Of a stretch of DNA of 64,000 bases, positions 19,623-28,020 are shown piece after piece. The stretch spans positions 4,864 to 68,863 of the forward strand of contig JBDRLN010000076.1 in assembly GCA_043812955.1 (NCBI GenBank). The letters run 5' to 3'. The position numbers and the translations under genes were made by a program. How positions within the stretch are numbered: the stretch's first letter is position 1; each line of letters starts with the position of its first letter. Under the pieces are notes generated by a model that had not been told where the DNA came from, did no database searches, and worked only from the letters and a program-made list of their open reading frames with translations. Source of the stretch: Candidatus Omnitrophota bacterium (GTDB lineage: Bacteria; Omnitrophota; Gorgyraeia; Gygaellales; Profunditerraquicolaceae).

Positions 19623-21071
19623 ATGAAGATATTACTTCTCAATCCTCCGTTTCTTCCCAGATACTCCCGATCCCAGCGCAGCCCCGCCGTCACAAAAAGC
19701 GGAACCCTCTATTACCCTATTTGGCTATGTTATTCGGCGGCAATCCTAGAAGAACACGGCTTTGAGATCAAAATAATCGATTCTCCTGCAGACAATTTGT
19801 CAAACCAGGAAACTCTGGAGATAATCAAAGAGTACTCCCCTGAGTTAGCAGTGATAGATACCTCAACACCCAGCATTTATAACGATGTCGAAATCTCAAG
19901 CCTTATCAAACAACAAAACCCCGAGTGTTTTACTCTGCTTGTTGGCACGCACGTTTCTGTCCTGGCCGAAGAAACATTGCTTCTATCAAATTCTATAGAT
20001 TGTATCGCCAGGGGCGAATATGATTTAACCATTCTTGAAATAGCCAATAGAATAAAACATAATGATCTAAACCTAAACTTCATAGATGGAATAAGCTACC
20101 GCGAAAATAATACTCTCCGACATAATCCCGATAGACAGCATATCGCTGAGCTCGACAAAATCCCCTTTGTTTCAAGAATATATAAAAAACATCTCAAGAT
20201 CAAAAACTATTTTTTTGCGGCGTCGCTATATCCCGAAATACAGATAATCACTGCTAGGGGATGTCCGTTTAAGTGTTTTTTTTGTCTCTGGCCGCAAACT
20301 TTTCAAGGCAGGGACTACCGCACGCGCAGCCCGGAAAATATCCTGGCTGAATTTATATATATAAAAAACAACCTCCCCATGGTTAAAGGCGTAGTTATTG
20401 AAGATGATACGTTTACGGTTGACAATAATAGAGTCCGGCGGATTTGTGAACTTCTCATAAAGGAGAAAATCGGCATAAAATGGAACGCTAACGTCAGAAC
20501 AAACCTGGACCTAGAGACCATGAAAATAATGAAAGCTGCTGGTTGTTACCTATTGATCGTGGGGATTGAAAGCACATCCCAAGATATACTGGACAATATC
20601 GATAAAGGGCTGCATTCTACCAATATAAAGACATTTTTCAATAATGCTAAAAAAACCCGCTTGCTGGTCCACGCGGCGTTTATGGCCGGAAATCCAGGCG
20701 AAACCGAAGAGAGCCTGCGGAAAGATTTATCCCTGGCTAAGATGCTCCTTCCTGATACTATTCAATTTTTCCCCCTTATGCCCTATCCGGGGACTAAGGC
20801 ATATTCCTGGGCAAAAAACAATGGTTATCTTAAAATAAATTCATTCCGGGATTACTTAAATGAGCATGGCCTACATAATACGGTAATTGACCTTCCCGGG
20901 TTATCGGGCAAACAATTGGTAAAATGGTGCAATTACAGCCGGCGCTCTTATTATTTAAGCCTTTCTTATTTCTGGTATAAATTAAAACAGGTAATTACAA
21001 ATCCCTGGTCTTGTACCCGGACACTCAGGGCATTGGCGACATTCAGAAAATATATTTTAAAACCGGACTAA
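19623..21071 (+). CDS. B12-binding radical SAM protein (class B), paralogue of the upstream gene
   Basis: Same domain architecture, with radical SAM motif 'CPFKCFFC'. Confidence 0.8.
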   Translation: MKILLLNPPFLPRYSRSQRSPAVTKSGTLYYPIWLCYSAAILEEHGFEIKIIDSPADNLSNQETLEIIKEYSPELAVIDTSTPSIYNDVEISSLIKQQNPECFTLLVGTHVSVLAEETLLLSNSIDCIARGEYDLTILEIANRIKHNDLNLNFIDGISYRENNTLRHNPDRQHIAELDKIPFVSRIYKKHLKIKNYFFAASLYPEIQIITARGCPFKCFFCLWPQTFQGRDYRTRSPENILAEFIYIKNNLPMVKGVVIEDDTFTVDNNRVRRICELLIKEKIGIKWNANVRTNLDLETMKIMKAAGCYLLIVGIESTSQDILDNIDKGLHSTNIKTFFNNAKKTRLLVHAAFMAGNPGETEESLRKDLSLAKMLLPDTIQFFPLMPYPGTKAYSWAKNNGYLKINSFRDYLNEHGLHNTVIDLPGLSGKQLVKWCNYSRRSYYLSLSYFWYKLKQVITNPWSCTRTLRALATFRKYILKPD

Positions 21072-21073
21072 AA

Positions 21074-22225
21074 ATGGCGAAATTGGTATTCTGGGTATCC
21101 TTAATAGTTATATTATACGTTCATTTTGGATACGGCGCCTTGTGTGTATTAATCAGCGTAATTTTCGGTAAAAAAACAACTAAAAATAAATCTTTTTACC
21201 CAAAACTATCACTGCTAGTCCCTTGTTACAATGAAGAAAAGATAATCAAAGCAAAGATCGAAAATATGCTAGCCTTAGATTATCCCCAAGATAAACTACA
21301 GATCATGATTGCTTCGGAATCAAATGATGCAACCAATGCGATTGCGGAAACGTACAAAAAAAGCGGAATTGAACTTTATATAAATAGCTTGAGAATCGGC
21401 AAACCTACTCTCTTATTCAACACTATTCCTTATGCCCGCGGAGAGATCCTAATATTCTCCGATGCTAACGCTATTTTTCAACCGGATGCGCTTTTAAAGA
21501 TCGCGGAAAATTTTTATGATCAATCAATCGGAGCCGTGATTGGCGCGTTAAAAATCAGTAATCCCGCTCAATCTTCTATAAGCCACGGTGAATACATCTA
21601 TAAACAATATGAGACGATAATCCGCAAAGCTAATAGCCGCCTGGGCAGGGTTTTAAACGCTGACGGTTCGATATTCGCGATCAGGAAAAGTTTATATTTA
21701 CCTATAAGCGAAGATCGAGGAGATGATTTCGAACTGATCTTACGGATATTGTTGAATGGCTACAGATGCGTATTTGAGCCTGAGGCAATCTCAAACGAAG
21801 ACGCATCGATAACCGCCAAAGCAGAAATCCTGCGTAAAATCAGAATGGTCCCCTGGTTTTTAAAAAGCTCCGTCATGCTACTGAAAGAAATGATCCATAA
21901 ATCACGCTTCGACTTAATATTTCAATTAATATCCCATAAAATATTAAGATGGTTTATGCCCTACTTCTTCATTTCCCTATTTAGCGCCAATTGCTTTTTA
22001 ATAAGCCAATCACTATTTTTTAAGTTAAGTCTTCTAAGTCAGGGGTTGGTATACCTGGGAGGGTTAATTGGAATGTATATGGCAGAGGTACAAAAAAAGA
22101 AACCCCCGGCACTGCCAGGGGCACTATACTATTTTATTATCTATAACTACGCCTTTTTAATAGGAACGCTTAAAGGGATGTTCGCGCCAGAGAAATCTTC
22201 TTCCTGGGAAAAAGTCAGGTCATAA
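21074..22225 (+). CDS. Family 2 glycosyltransferase, membrane-embedded and synthase-like
   Basis: 'LSLLVPCYNEEKII' GT-A start motif with TM helices on both sides of the catalytic domain. The likely start is the 'MAKLVFW' Met at 21074. The track ORF begins at 21011 and overlaps the upstream gene. Confidence 0.6.
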   Translation: MAKLVFWVSLIVILYVHFGYGALCVLISVIFGKKTTKNKSFYPKLSLLVPCYNEEKIIKAKIENMLALDYPQDKLQIMIASESNDATNAIAETYKKSGIELYINSLRIGKPTLLFNTIPYARGEILIFSDANAIFQPDALLKIAENFYDQSIGAVIGALKISNPAQSSISHGEYIYKQYETIIRKANSRLGRVLNADGSIFAIRKSLYLPISEDRGDDFELILRILLNGYRCVFEPEAISNEDASITAKAEILRKIRMVPWFLKSSVMLLKEMIHKSRFDLIFQLISHKILRWFMPYFFISLFSANCFLISQSLFFKLSLLSQGLVYLGGLIGMYMAEVQKKKPPALPGALYYFIIYNYAFLIGTLKGMFAPEKSSSWEKVRS

Positions 22226-22875
22226 TTTATTTCATCTGGATTAAAGTCTCTGGCTGTTTTAACCGGTTTAGCAAAGATAGTCAGAACAAGTATAAAAAAA
22301 TTAAATAGTAATGAACGTTTTTGGATATAAAAAAGGTCGAATCGCGTACGCTCTTTTATTAAACTGTCTCCTCTCCATCCATTAACCTGTGACCATCCGG
22401 TAAGCCCGGGTTTAATCGTATAGCGCATCTTGTAATTAGACACGCTGATTTCAAACTTTTCGGCGAAATATGGACGTTCCGGACGAGGGCCGACTAGACT
22501 CATTTCTCCTTTTAAAACATTTATCAACTGAGGCAATTCATCAATGTGAGTGACCCTTAAGAATTTTCCGATAAAGCTGCACCGGGGATCTGACTCCGTA
22601 CCCCATACAGGGCAACCGTCACCTTCTGAGCCTTCCGTCATTGTCCGGAATTTATAAATCATGAATCTCTTTTTATCTTTTCCATATCTTTCCTGGAAAT
22701 AAAATATCCTTCCCGGTGAATCAATCCTGACTAAACATACGGCCAGCAGAAAGACCGGAAAACTCAATAAAAGAAAAATAGCGCTTAAAATAAAGTCCAT
22801 TGTGGTATAAATTATTTCCAAGCGCCGCCTATGAAGGTATATACTCATTATCTCTTGAACGTACGTTTTGCCCAT
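22147..22875 (-). CDS. Polyprenyl-phosphate sugar-phosphotransferase (bacterial sugar transferase, WbaP C-domain type)
   Basis: 'MSLVGPRPERPYF' and 'KPGLTGWSQVNG' are hallmark motifs of the Bac_transf family. Confidence 0.8.
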   Translation of the reverse strand: MGKTYVQEIMSIYLHRRRLEIIYTTMDFILSAIFLLLSFPVFLLAVCLVRIDSPGRIFYFQERYGKDKKRFMIYKFRTMTEGSEGDGCPVWGTESDPRCSFIGKFLRVTHIDELPQLINVLKGEMSLVGPRPERPYFAEKFEISVSNYKMRYTIKPGLTGWSQVNGWRGDSLIKERTRFDLFYIQKRSLLFNFFILVLTIFAKPVKTARDFNPDEINYDLTFSQEEDFSGANIPLSVPIKKA

Positions 22876-24547
22876 AGATATATTTTAACAACTTTTCCTG
22901 GTCTGGCAAATCTATTTTTGAAAACTTGAAACCTACAACATACATATCCTTTATCGCAGAATCCCTTACGCATACTACTTCTGCGCTGACATGGATAAAT
23001 TCTTTCTCATTCAAATAAATAGCCAAAGAATACTGACTTCCTTCTTTTAAGCGGTCTCTTGAGCGGACCGCAATACCACTACCGCTGATATCTTCTATTA
23101 TAGAATAATGTTTTTGCGTTACTTTATCCGATGTGAACTCATAGCCTACGGCATAAATCCCCTTTACCCGCGGCATAGAGCGCCTCTCCTGGCTATTTAC
23201 TTTTCTTTCGCTAGATAAAACTCCGCAAATACCCACAAACATACCGAAGAATACGCCTAAGAAAATATTTAAAGGTATATTCGGACTTACTCTTTTAAGA
23301 GGAGGATAGGCTGATTCCAATATCTGGATATTCGGTAATTGTGAATCTAAAAATTTATCCCGGATCAATTCTAACTCGTTCTGTTTCTTAAGAAATAAGG
23401 CGTATATATCCTGGGATGCCTCGTAGGTCTTGGATAAAATACTATATTCTATTTGCTTTACCGCAGCCTCATCTATATAAGCAGAAATTTTATTTAGATC
23501 CTCCTTATATACTGATTTCTCGGCTTTATTGGAACTCTCCTGAACCCCGAGATATCCTATATAATCCCTATAATAATCAGCATAAACAAACATGATCTTT
23601 TCAAGTTCGCTTCTCAGATTATTTTTTAAAAGTGTAATTTGTTCATTAACTCCTATTACTTCGGGATTATTATCAGTATACTCAACGCGTAACCGCGACA
23701 AATGCGCCTCGGCCTCTTGTATCCTGCTTCTTATATCTTGTATCCAAGGGATACTGGTTAAAGATAATGTGGGATTTTCTCCATTCTCTTTACCAGAAAA
23801 ACTGGGTAAGAGAGGATAGCGAAATAATGACTCGCCTTTTTTCAGAACATCATTGGTCTTGGCTAATTCTTCTTTCAAGCGGGCAGCATACTTTTTACTT
23901 TCCAGATTGTTTTTGTCGAGCTCGATCAGATAATTCACATATAGAGGGGTTTGGGCTTGATAAAACTCCAGCTTATCTTTACCGCTGAGCTCCTTAAGGA
24001 ATACCTTGATCTTGTCTAGATCTTCTTTTACCAATACTATTTTATTATTAAGCGCTTTGAGATTGCTGCTCACCGAAGACAGCTTTAACCCGCTGCCGTA
24101 AACAATAAAATTATTTACAATAGCATTAGCCAGTTCTATCGCTTCTTTTTGATTTTGCAGGCTTACGCTCACTTCTAAAACATTAGATTCATTAAGGTAG
24201 CCGATATTGATCTTTTTTCTTATATCTTGATAGCTGAATTTATTCAATAGCCCTTTATCATGCATCTGGCTGAGAGACTTTTCAATAACCGACCGGCTTG
24301 AGATTATCTCGGCCTGACTTGCTAGAAACGCTTTATCATCTAAGGTCTGCGGCAGGAGGCCTGGGGCATAAAGATTTGATTCATTCTGAACGATAATTTT
24401 AGTTTCAGCCCTATAAATCCAAGGTGCTGCAAAAATACCCAGGACCGCAATTGAAAAGACGATAAGAAAAAGGGCAAAAAATTCCACTTTCCTTCGGATC
24501 ATTGCCCTGCCTACCTCGGATATACTTAACTCTGAACTTGATTCCAT
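22829..24547 (-). CDS. Polysaccharide co-polymerase (Wzz/PCP) with C-terminal PilZ domain
   Basis: Wzz-like N-terminal TM helix, a long coiled periplasmic region and a second TM helix. The cytoplasmic tail carries the PilZ motifs 'RRSMPR' (RxxxR) and 'DISGSG' (DxSxxG). Confidence 0.6.
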   Translation of the reverse strand: MESSSELSISEVGRAMIRRKVEFFALFLIVFSIAVLGIFAAPWIYRAETKIIVQNESNLYAPGLLPQTLDDKAFLASQAEIISSRSVIEKSLSQMHDKGLLNKFSYQDIRKKINIGYLNESNVLEVSVSLQNQKEAIELANAIVNNFIVYGSGLKLSSVSSNLKALNNKIVLVKEDLDKIKVFLKELSGKDKLEFYQAQTPLYVNYLIELDKNNLESKKYAARLKEELAKTNDVLKKGESLFRYPLLPSFSGKENGENPTLSLTSIPWIQDIRSRIQEAEAHLSRLRVEYTDNNPEVIGVNEQITLLKNNLRSELEKIMFVYADYYRDYIGYLGVQESSNKAEKSVYKEDLNKISAYIDEAAVKQIEYSILSKTYEASQDIYALFLKKQNELELIRDKFLDSQLPNIQILESAYPPLKRVSPNIPLNIFLGVFFGMFVGICGVLSSERKVNSQERRSMPRVKGIYAVGYEFTSDKVTQKHYSIIEDISGSGIAVRSRDRLKEGSQYSLAIYLNEKEFIHVSAEVVCVRDSAIKDMYVVGFKFSKIDLPDQEKLLKYIYGQNVRSRDNEYIPS

Positions 24548-24567
24548 GTATCTTTGTACTTTCTTCC

Positions 24568-25248
24568 TTATTTGGATGCTATATCGTACAACAAGTAAGT
24601 ATCGGCCGCCGGCCTGATTTTAGACATAAAAAAATCTAGGAAATCCCCTGTGTTGCCGATAAAACTCCTCGGCACATAGATTATATCTTTTGGTTCTAAC
24701 AAAACATTTTCACTTGTATTAGCATGGTCTAAAGCCTTATGCAGATTTACTAAAATAAATTGCGGGCACTCAGAGTAAGGTTTTCTAATTACCAATATAC
24801 TGCGTAACTCAGCATATTTAAGGTAGCCACCGGCAAGGCCGATTGATTCAAACGCCGTCATTTGGTTTTCGAGAGTGTACAATCCCGGCGTTTTTACCTC
24901 TCCTAAAACTAAAACTTTCTTAGAACGGGACTCGATAACATTAACTGAAATTTTAGGATCCTTCAGGTATACCAACAGCTTTTCGTGAATCTGATCAGCC
25001 AGAGCAGTCGTAGTCTGGCCAGCAGCCTGAATTTCCCCGGCAACCGGATAACTTATAAAGCCATCTGGACGGATAGAAAGAGTGCTTTTAAGCTCCTGGT
25101 GATTCCATACAGAAATTTCTATAATATCCCCGGTTCCTAATATATATTTTGACCCGCTTTGCTGTTGGGCATAAGAAGGCGAATTAAGCGCAAATATACA
25201 TACCACGATGTAAAATAGGGTCCTCAATTTACTTTTTAGTCTTCTCAT
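24568..25248 (-). CDS. Polysaccharide export protein, Wza-like
   Basis: Signal peptide and a Poly_export motif ('GTGDIIEISVWNHQEL'), followed by an SLBB-like region. Confidence 0.7.
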   Translation of the reverse strand: MRRLKSKLRTLFYIVVCIFALNSPSYAQQQSGSKYILGTGDIIEISVWNHQELKSTLSIRPDGFISYPVAGEIQAAGQTTTALADQIHEKLLVYLKDPKISVNVIESRSKKVLVLGEVKTPGLYTLENQMTAFESIGLAGGYLKYAELRSILVIRKPYSECPQFILVNLHKALDHANTSENVLLEPKDIIYVPRSFIGNTGDFLDFFMSKIRPAADTYLLYDIASK

Positions 25249-25589
25249 TTTTGAATTATTCTGATACTATATTATTAAGACTTTTTTAAACTTTTTATTT
25301 TCTTTTGAAAAAAAATTTTCCCCACAACTCGTGTATTAACAATATGTTTTAATTCTACTATATAATTTATGAAAGTATAACATAAAAAACAACCACTGTC
25401 AAGTAATCGACCCCTAAATTTTCCGAGATTAGACACCAACTTTACAGACTTAAGCGAATTTGCCTGCGCCAGGCCTGACAGTTTTTTAATATATTCTGCC
25501 TCTTATACCGGAGCAGCAATCGCCACCATAGCCATTGAAGCCGGGATCTTCCTTATAACCTATTTCACCGTAAAAAAACTTTCCTACTC

Positions 25590-26912
25590 CTAAGATAACT
25601 TCAGCAAAGGAATATTCAGCCGGCGGCGGAAAGTCTCTCCTTTTAAAAGCTCTTGTTTGCGCCAGGCTAGATTATTTCTGGGATGAAGCCCTTTCTTAGT
25701 AGCTATGTTTGAGGCGGCAATATGAATAGTGTGTTTTCCAAAAACCTGATTTATTTCATCCACCGCACAACTCAACCTTTGCAGCTGTTCAATTTTAACC
25801 GGGTTTTCAAAAAGGTCCTGTTCATCAAATCCTTCTTCCTTAATATCATTTAAAATAATTCCGGTTGCCCGGTATACCGCTCCCGGTTGAAAAACTTCAT
25901 CAAAGATCCGGAAACAAACAGTAGTAAAATCCAGAGTAGATGAAGAATGCCGGTTGATCCTGCCCTGCATCCCTTTCGCGCTAAAATCAACTTTCCTTAA
26001 ATAAACCGTCAGGTTGCGCGCGCTTAATGAATATCTTCTTAATTTGATAAAGGCTGACTCCAAATTACGCATTAACTGGGCCTTTACCATCTGCTTATCG
26101 CCTGAGGCAGGCATAAAAGTCTTAGTCTTACTTATACTAAGATATTTTTCTTTTTTAGCGGTTGATACCGGATACACTGACGTTCCTCTTAATTCCAGCC
26201 ATAATTCCACCCCAATCTTACCCAGAATTTTTTGAGCGAATTCTTTAGGCCGGCGTACATATTCCAGGACCGAAGTTATCCCGTATTTACCTAAAAGCGC
26301 TATGGTATTCGGCCCGAACCCCGAGACCCGCTCAAGAGGGATATTTTTCAGGTACTCATGCAGTTTATTTCCCGGTAAAGCCTTAAAGCCATCCGGCTTA
26401 TTTTCCCGCGAGCAGATCTTGGCCAGAGTTTTAGAAAGGCTTAAACCCACAGAAACAGTTATATCCAGTTCTTTGCGGACCTCTTCCTTGATCCTTACGG
26501 CAATATCCGGATAAGAAGCGCGATACATCCGGCGCAATCCGGCTAGATCGCAGAAAGCCTCATCGATAGAATACTCCTCAACCTGGGGCGTAAACCTGCG
26601 GATTATATTAAAAAGCCGCTGTGAATATATACTATATAATTCATAATCGCTGGGAAGGATTATTAAGCCCGGATAGATCTTTTTAGCCTCAGAAAGAGTG
26701 ACCCCCCGTTTTATTCCCAAAGCCTTGGCTTCATAGCTGGCCGCAGAAATAATCCCTCTCTCCTGGCCGGTAACCAAAGGCTTACCTTTAAGATTGGGGT
26801 TACGGGCCTGCTCGCAAGAGGCAAAAAAAGCATCGCAATCTATATGCGCGATAGCCTGCGGATATGAAGATAAAGTGATAAAATCAGGAGTATTATTTAT
26901 ACTTACGGACAT
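25590..26912 (-). CDS. dinB: Y-family DNA polymerase (DinB/UmuC-like)
   Basis: 'DCDAFFASCE' catalytic motif, in an operon with lexA (20-nt overlap). Confidence 0.75.
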   Translation of the reverse strand: MSVSINNTPDFITLSSYPQAIAHIDCDAFFASCEQARNPNLKGKPLVTGQERGIISAASYEAKALGIKRGVTLSEAKKIYPGLIILPSDYELYSIYSQRLFNIIRRFTPQVEEYSIDEAFCDLAGLRRMYRASYPDIAVRIKEEVRKELDITVSVGLSLSKTLAKICSRENKPDGFKALPGNKLHEYLKNIPLERVSGFGPNTIALLGKYGITSVLEYVRRPKEFAQKILGKIGVELWLELRGTSVYPVSTAKKEKYLSISKTKTFMPASGDKQMVKAQLMRNLESAFIKLRRYSLSARNLTVYLRKVDFSAKGMQGRINRHSSSTLDFTTVCFRIFDEVFQPGAVYRATGIILNDIKEEGFDEQDLFENPVKIEQLQRLSCAVDEINQVFGKHTIHIAASNIATKKGLHPRNNLAWRKQELLKGETFRRRLNIPLLKLS

Positions 26913-27474
26913 TGGCGATAACTACACCGGCAATAACCAGCTCCTCCTTGGGTTCTATAGGAAGGTATTTCTTATTCGCGGCCCTTAAAATAACTTTACC
27001 TTTAAACTTCTCAAAATATTTCAGGGTCCATTCCTTATCCACGCAAGCCACCACAATATCCCCGCTTTTAGGAGTAAGATTTTTCTGGACCAAGACTAAA
27101 TCTCCGGGATGAATTCCGGCATCGAGCATGGAATCACCGCTTACCTTTAATAAATAAGTTGCCTGAGGATTAGAAATAAGATATTCATCCAGGCTCATTA
27201 AATCCACAGTCTCTTCTTCTGCCGGTGAGGGAAAGCCCGCTTGGATAAATCCTAAAAGCCGCACCGGTTTTTGTACTCCGGCCGGGATCAGCCTTCCGGT
27301 ATTATCTTTAGCGCATAACCCTAAGCCTACCAATTGATTTACCTTCTTGAAAACAGCGTTCTTGGATCTAAACCTAAAGACTTTGAGCATCTCAGAATAA
27401 GAAGGCATCCTTTTATTCTTCAAATAAAACTCGTCTAACTTATCAACCTGCTCTTTTAAATTGTTTTTATCCAT
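26893..27474 (-). CDS. lexA: LexA repressor
   Basis: N-terminal winged HTH and a C-terminal S24 peptidase domain ('SGDSM', Lys dyad). A Cheo-type box lies 17 nt upstream. Confidence 0.8.
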   Translation of the reverse strand: MDKNNLKEQVDKLDEFYLKNKRMPSYSEMLKVFRFRSKNAVFKKVNQLVGLGLCAKDNTGRLIPAGVQKPVRLLGFIQAGFPSPAEEETVDLMSLDEYLISNPQATYLLKVSGDSMLDAGIHPGDLVLVQKNLTPKSGDIVVACVDKEWTLKYFEKFKGKVILRAANKKYLPIEPKEELVIAGVVIANVRKYK

Positions 27475-27483
27475 AGCAGCGCC

Positions 27484-27512
27484 ATTATAGTGAACGTTTG
27501 TTCACCTGTCAA
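27484..27512 (-). promoter_or_regulatory. Consensus sigma-70 promoter (TTGACA-17-TATAAT) with a LexA/Cheo box (TGAACGTTTGTTCA, 27491-27504) in the spacer
   Basis: On the minus strand, -35 is TTGACA (27507-27512) and -10 is TATAAT (27484-27489). The GAAC-N4-GTTC palindrome fills the spacer. The lexA ATG lies about 10 nt downstream of the -10. Confidence 0.6.
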
Positions 27513-27520
27513 GCAAAAAT

Positions 27521-27592
27521 AAAAAGAAAAAGGGGTCAAAAAGAAAAAGGAAAAAGAAAAAGGGGTCAAAAAAGAAAAAGGGGTCAGGTCCC
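27521..27592. repeat. Purine-rich direct repeats (AAAAAGGGGTCA units)
   Basis: Three units read directly. Related units recur at 29228-29290 and 29941-29957. Confidence 0.6.
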
Positions 27593-27655
27593 TTTCATGT
27601 AACCAGTTGTAGTATATGGTATTTACATGTAGTCACTTTGCACTTTTAATCTTCC

Positions 27656-27751
27656 GGGGACACCCTGTCGTAGTAACCCAGGAGACGCCCTGTCAATGTG
27701 TTGCAAGATATTCACGACAGAGTGTCCCCGGTTAGTAGACAGGGTGTCCCC
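27656..27751. repeat. Inverted/direct repeat cluster of GGGGACACCCTGTC-type 14-mers
   Basis: GGGGACACCCTGTC at 27656-27669; GACAGAGTGTCCCC at 27715-27728; GACAGGGTGTCCCC at 27738-27751. The last is an exact reverse complement of the first. Confidence 0.6.
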
Positions 27752-27820
27752 TATCTATTTTATAAAAATGCAAACTGACTCATCAGACCATATTGTATTA
27801 TATAGTGTTAGGATGAAGGG

Positions 27821-27888
27821 GCCTGTCCCCTTGGTCTGTCCCCTTGGCCTTGGCTCCCTTGGCTTTTGGCTCCTTGGCTTTATAGCGT
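27821..27888. repeat. Short tandem repeats (CCCCTTGG / CTTGGC units)
   Basis: 'gtccccttggtctgtccccttggccttggctcccttggcttttggctccttggcttt'. Confidence 0.6.
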
Positions 27889-28020
27889 TTTTTAGGTGTC
27901 CACTTTTAATTTGGAGATGATAATGTTAAAAAAATCTATTGCTATTTTGGAATAGAAGTGATACAACATTATTGCCAATAGAAGTGATATAATAAAACCG
28001 TTAAAAGAAAGAAGGCCGGA

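Noticed and set aside
25249-25589. Possible tRNA or small RNA gene in the 340-bp gap between the wza-like and dinB genes
   Set aside because: The region is A/T-rich with no cloverleaf-compatible stems or conserved tRNA boxes such as GTTC..A. It more likely holds the promoter of the minus-strand export operon.
27521-27592. CtsR operator (GGTCAAA heptad repeats) between lexA and the clpC region
   Set aside because: The GGTCAAA copies are 30 nt apart rather than in the GGTCAAA-N3-GGTCAAA arrangement. The region is 20 kb from mcsA-clpC. It is more likely purine-rich simple repeats.
27696-27920. 74-aa ORF in the repeat-rich intergenic region
   Set aside because: The sequence is dominated by the translated CCTTGG and GTCCCC repeats ('PLVCPLGLGSLGFWLLGF'). 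It has no RBS and its composition is not protein-like.
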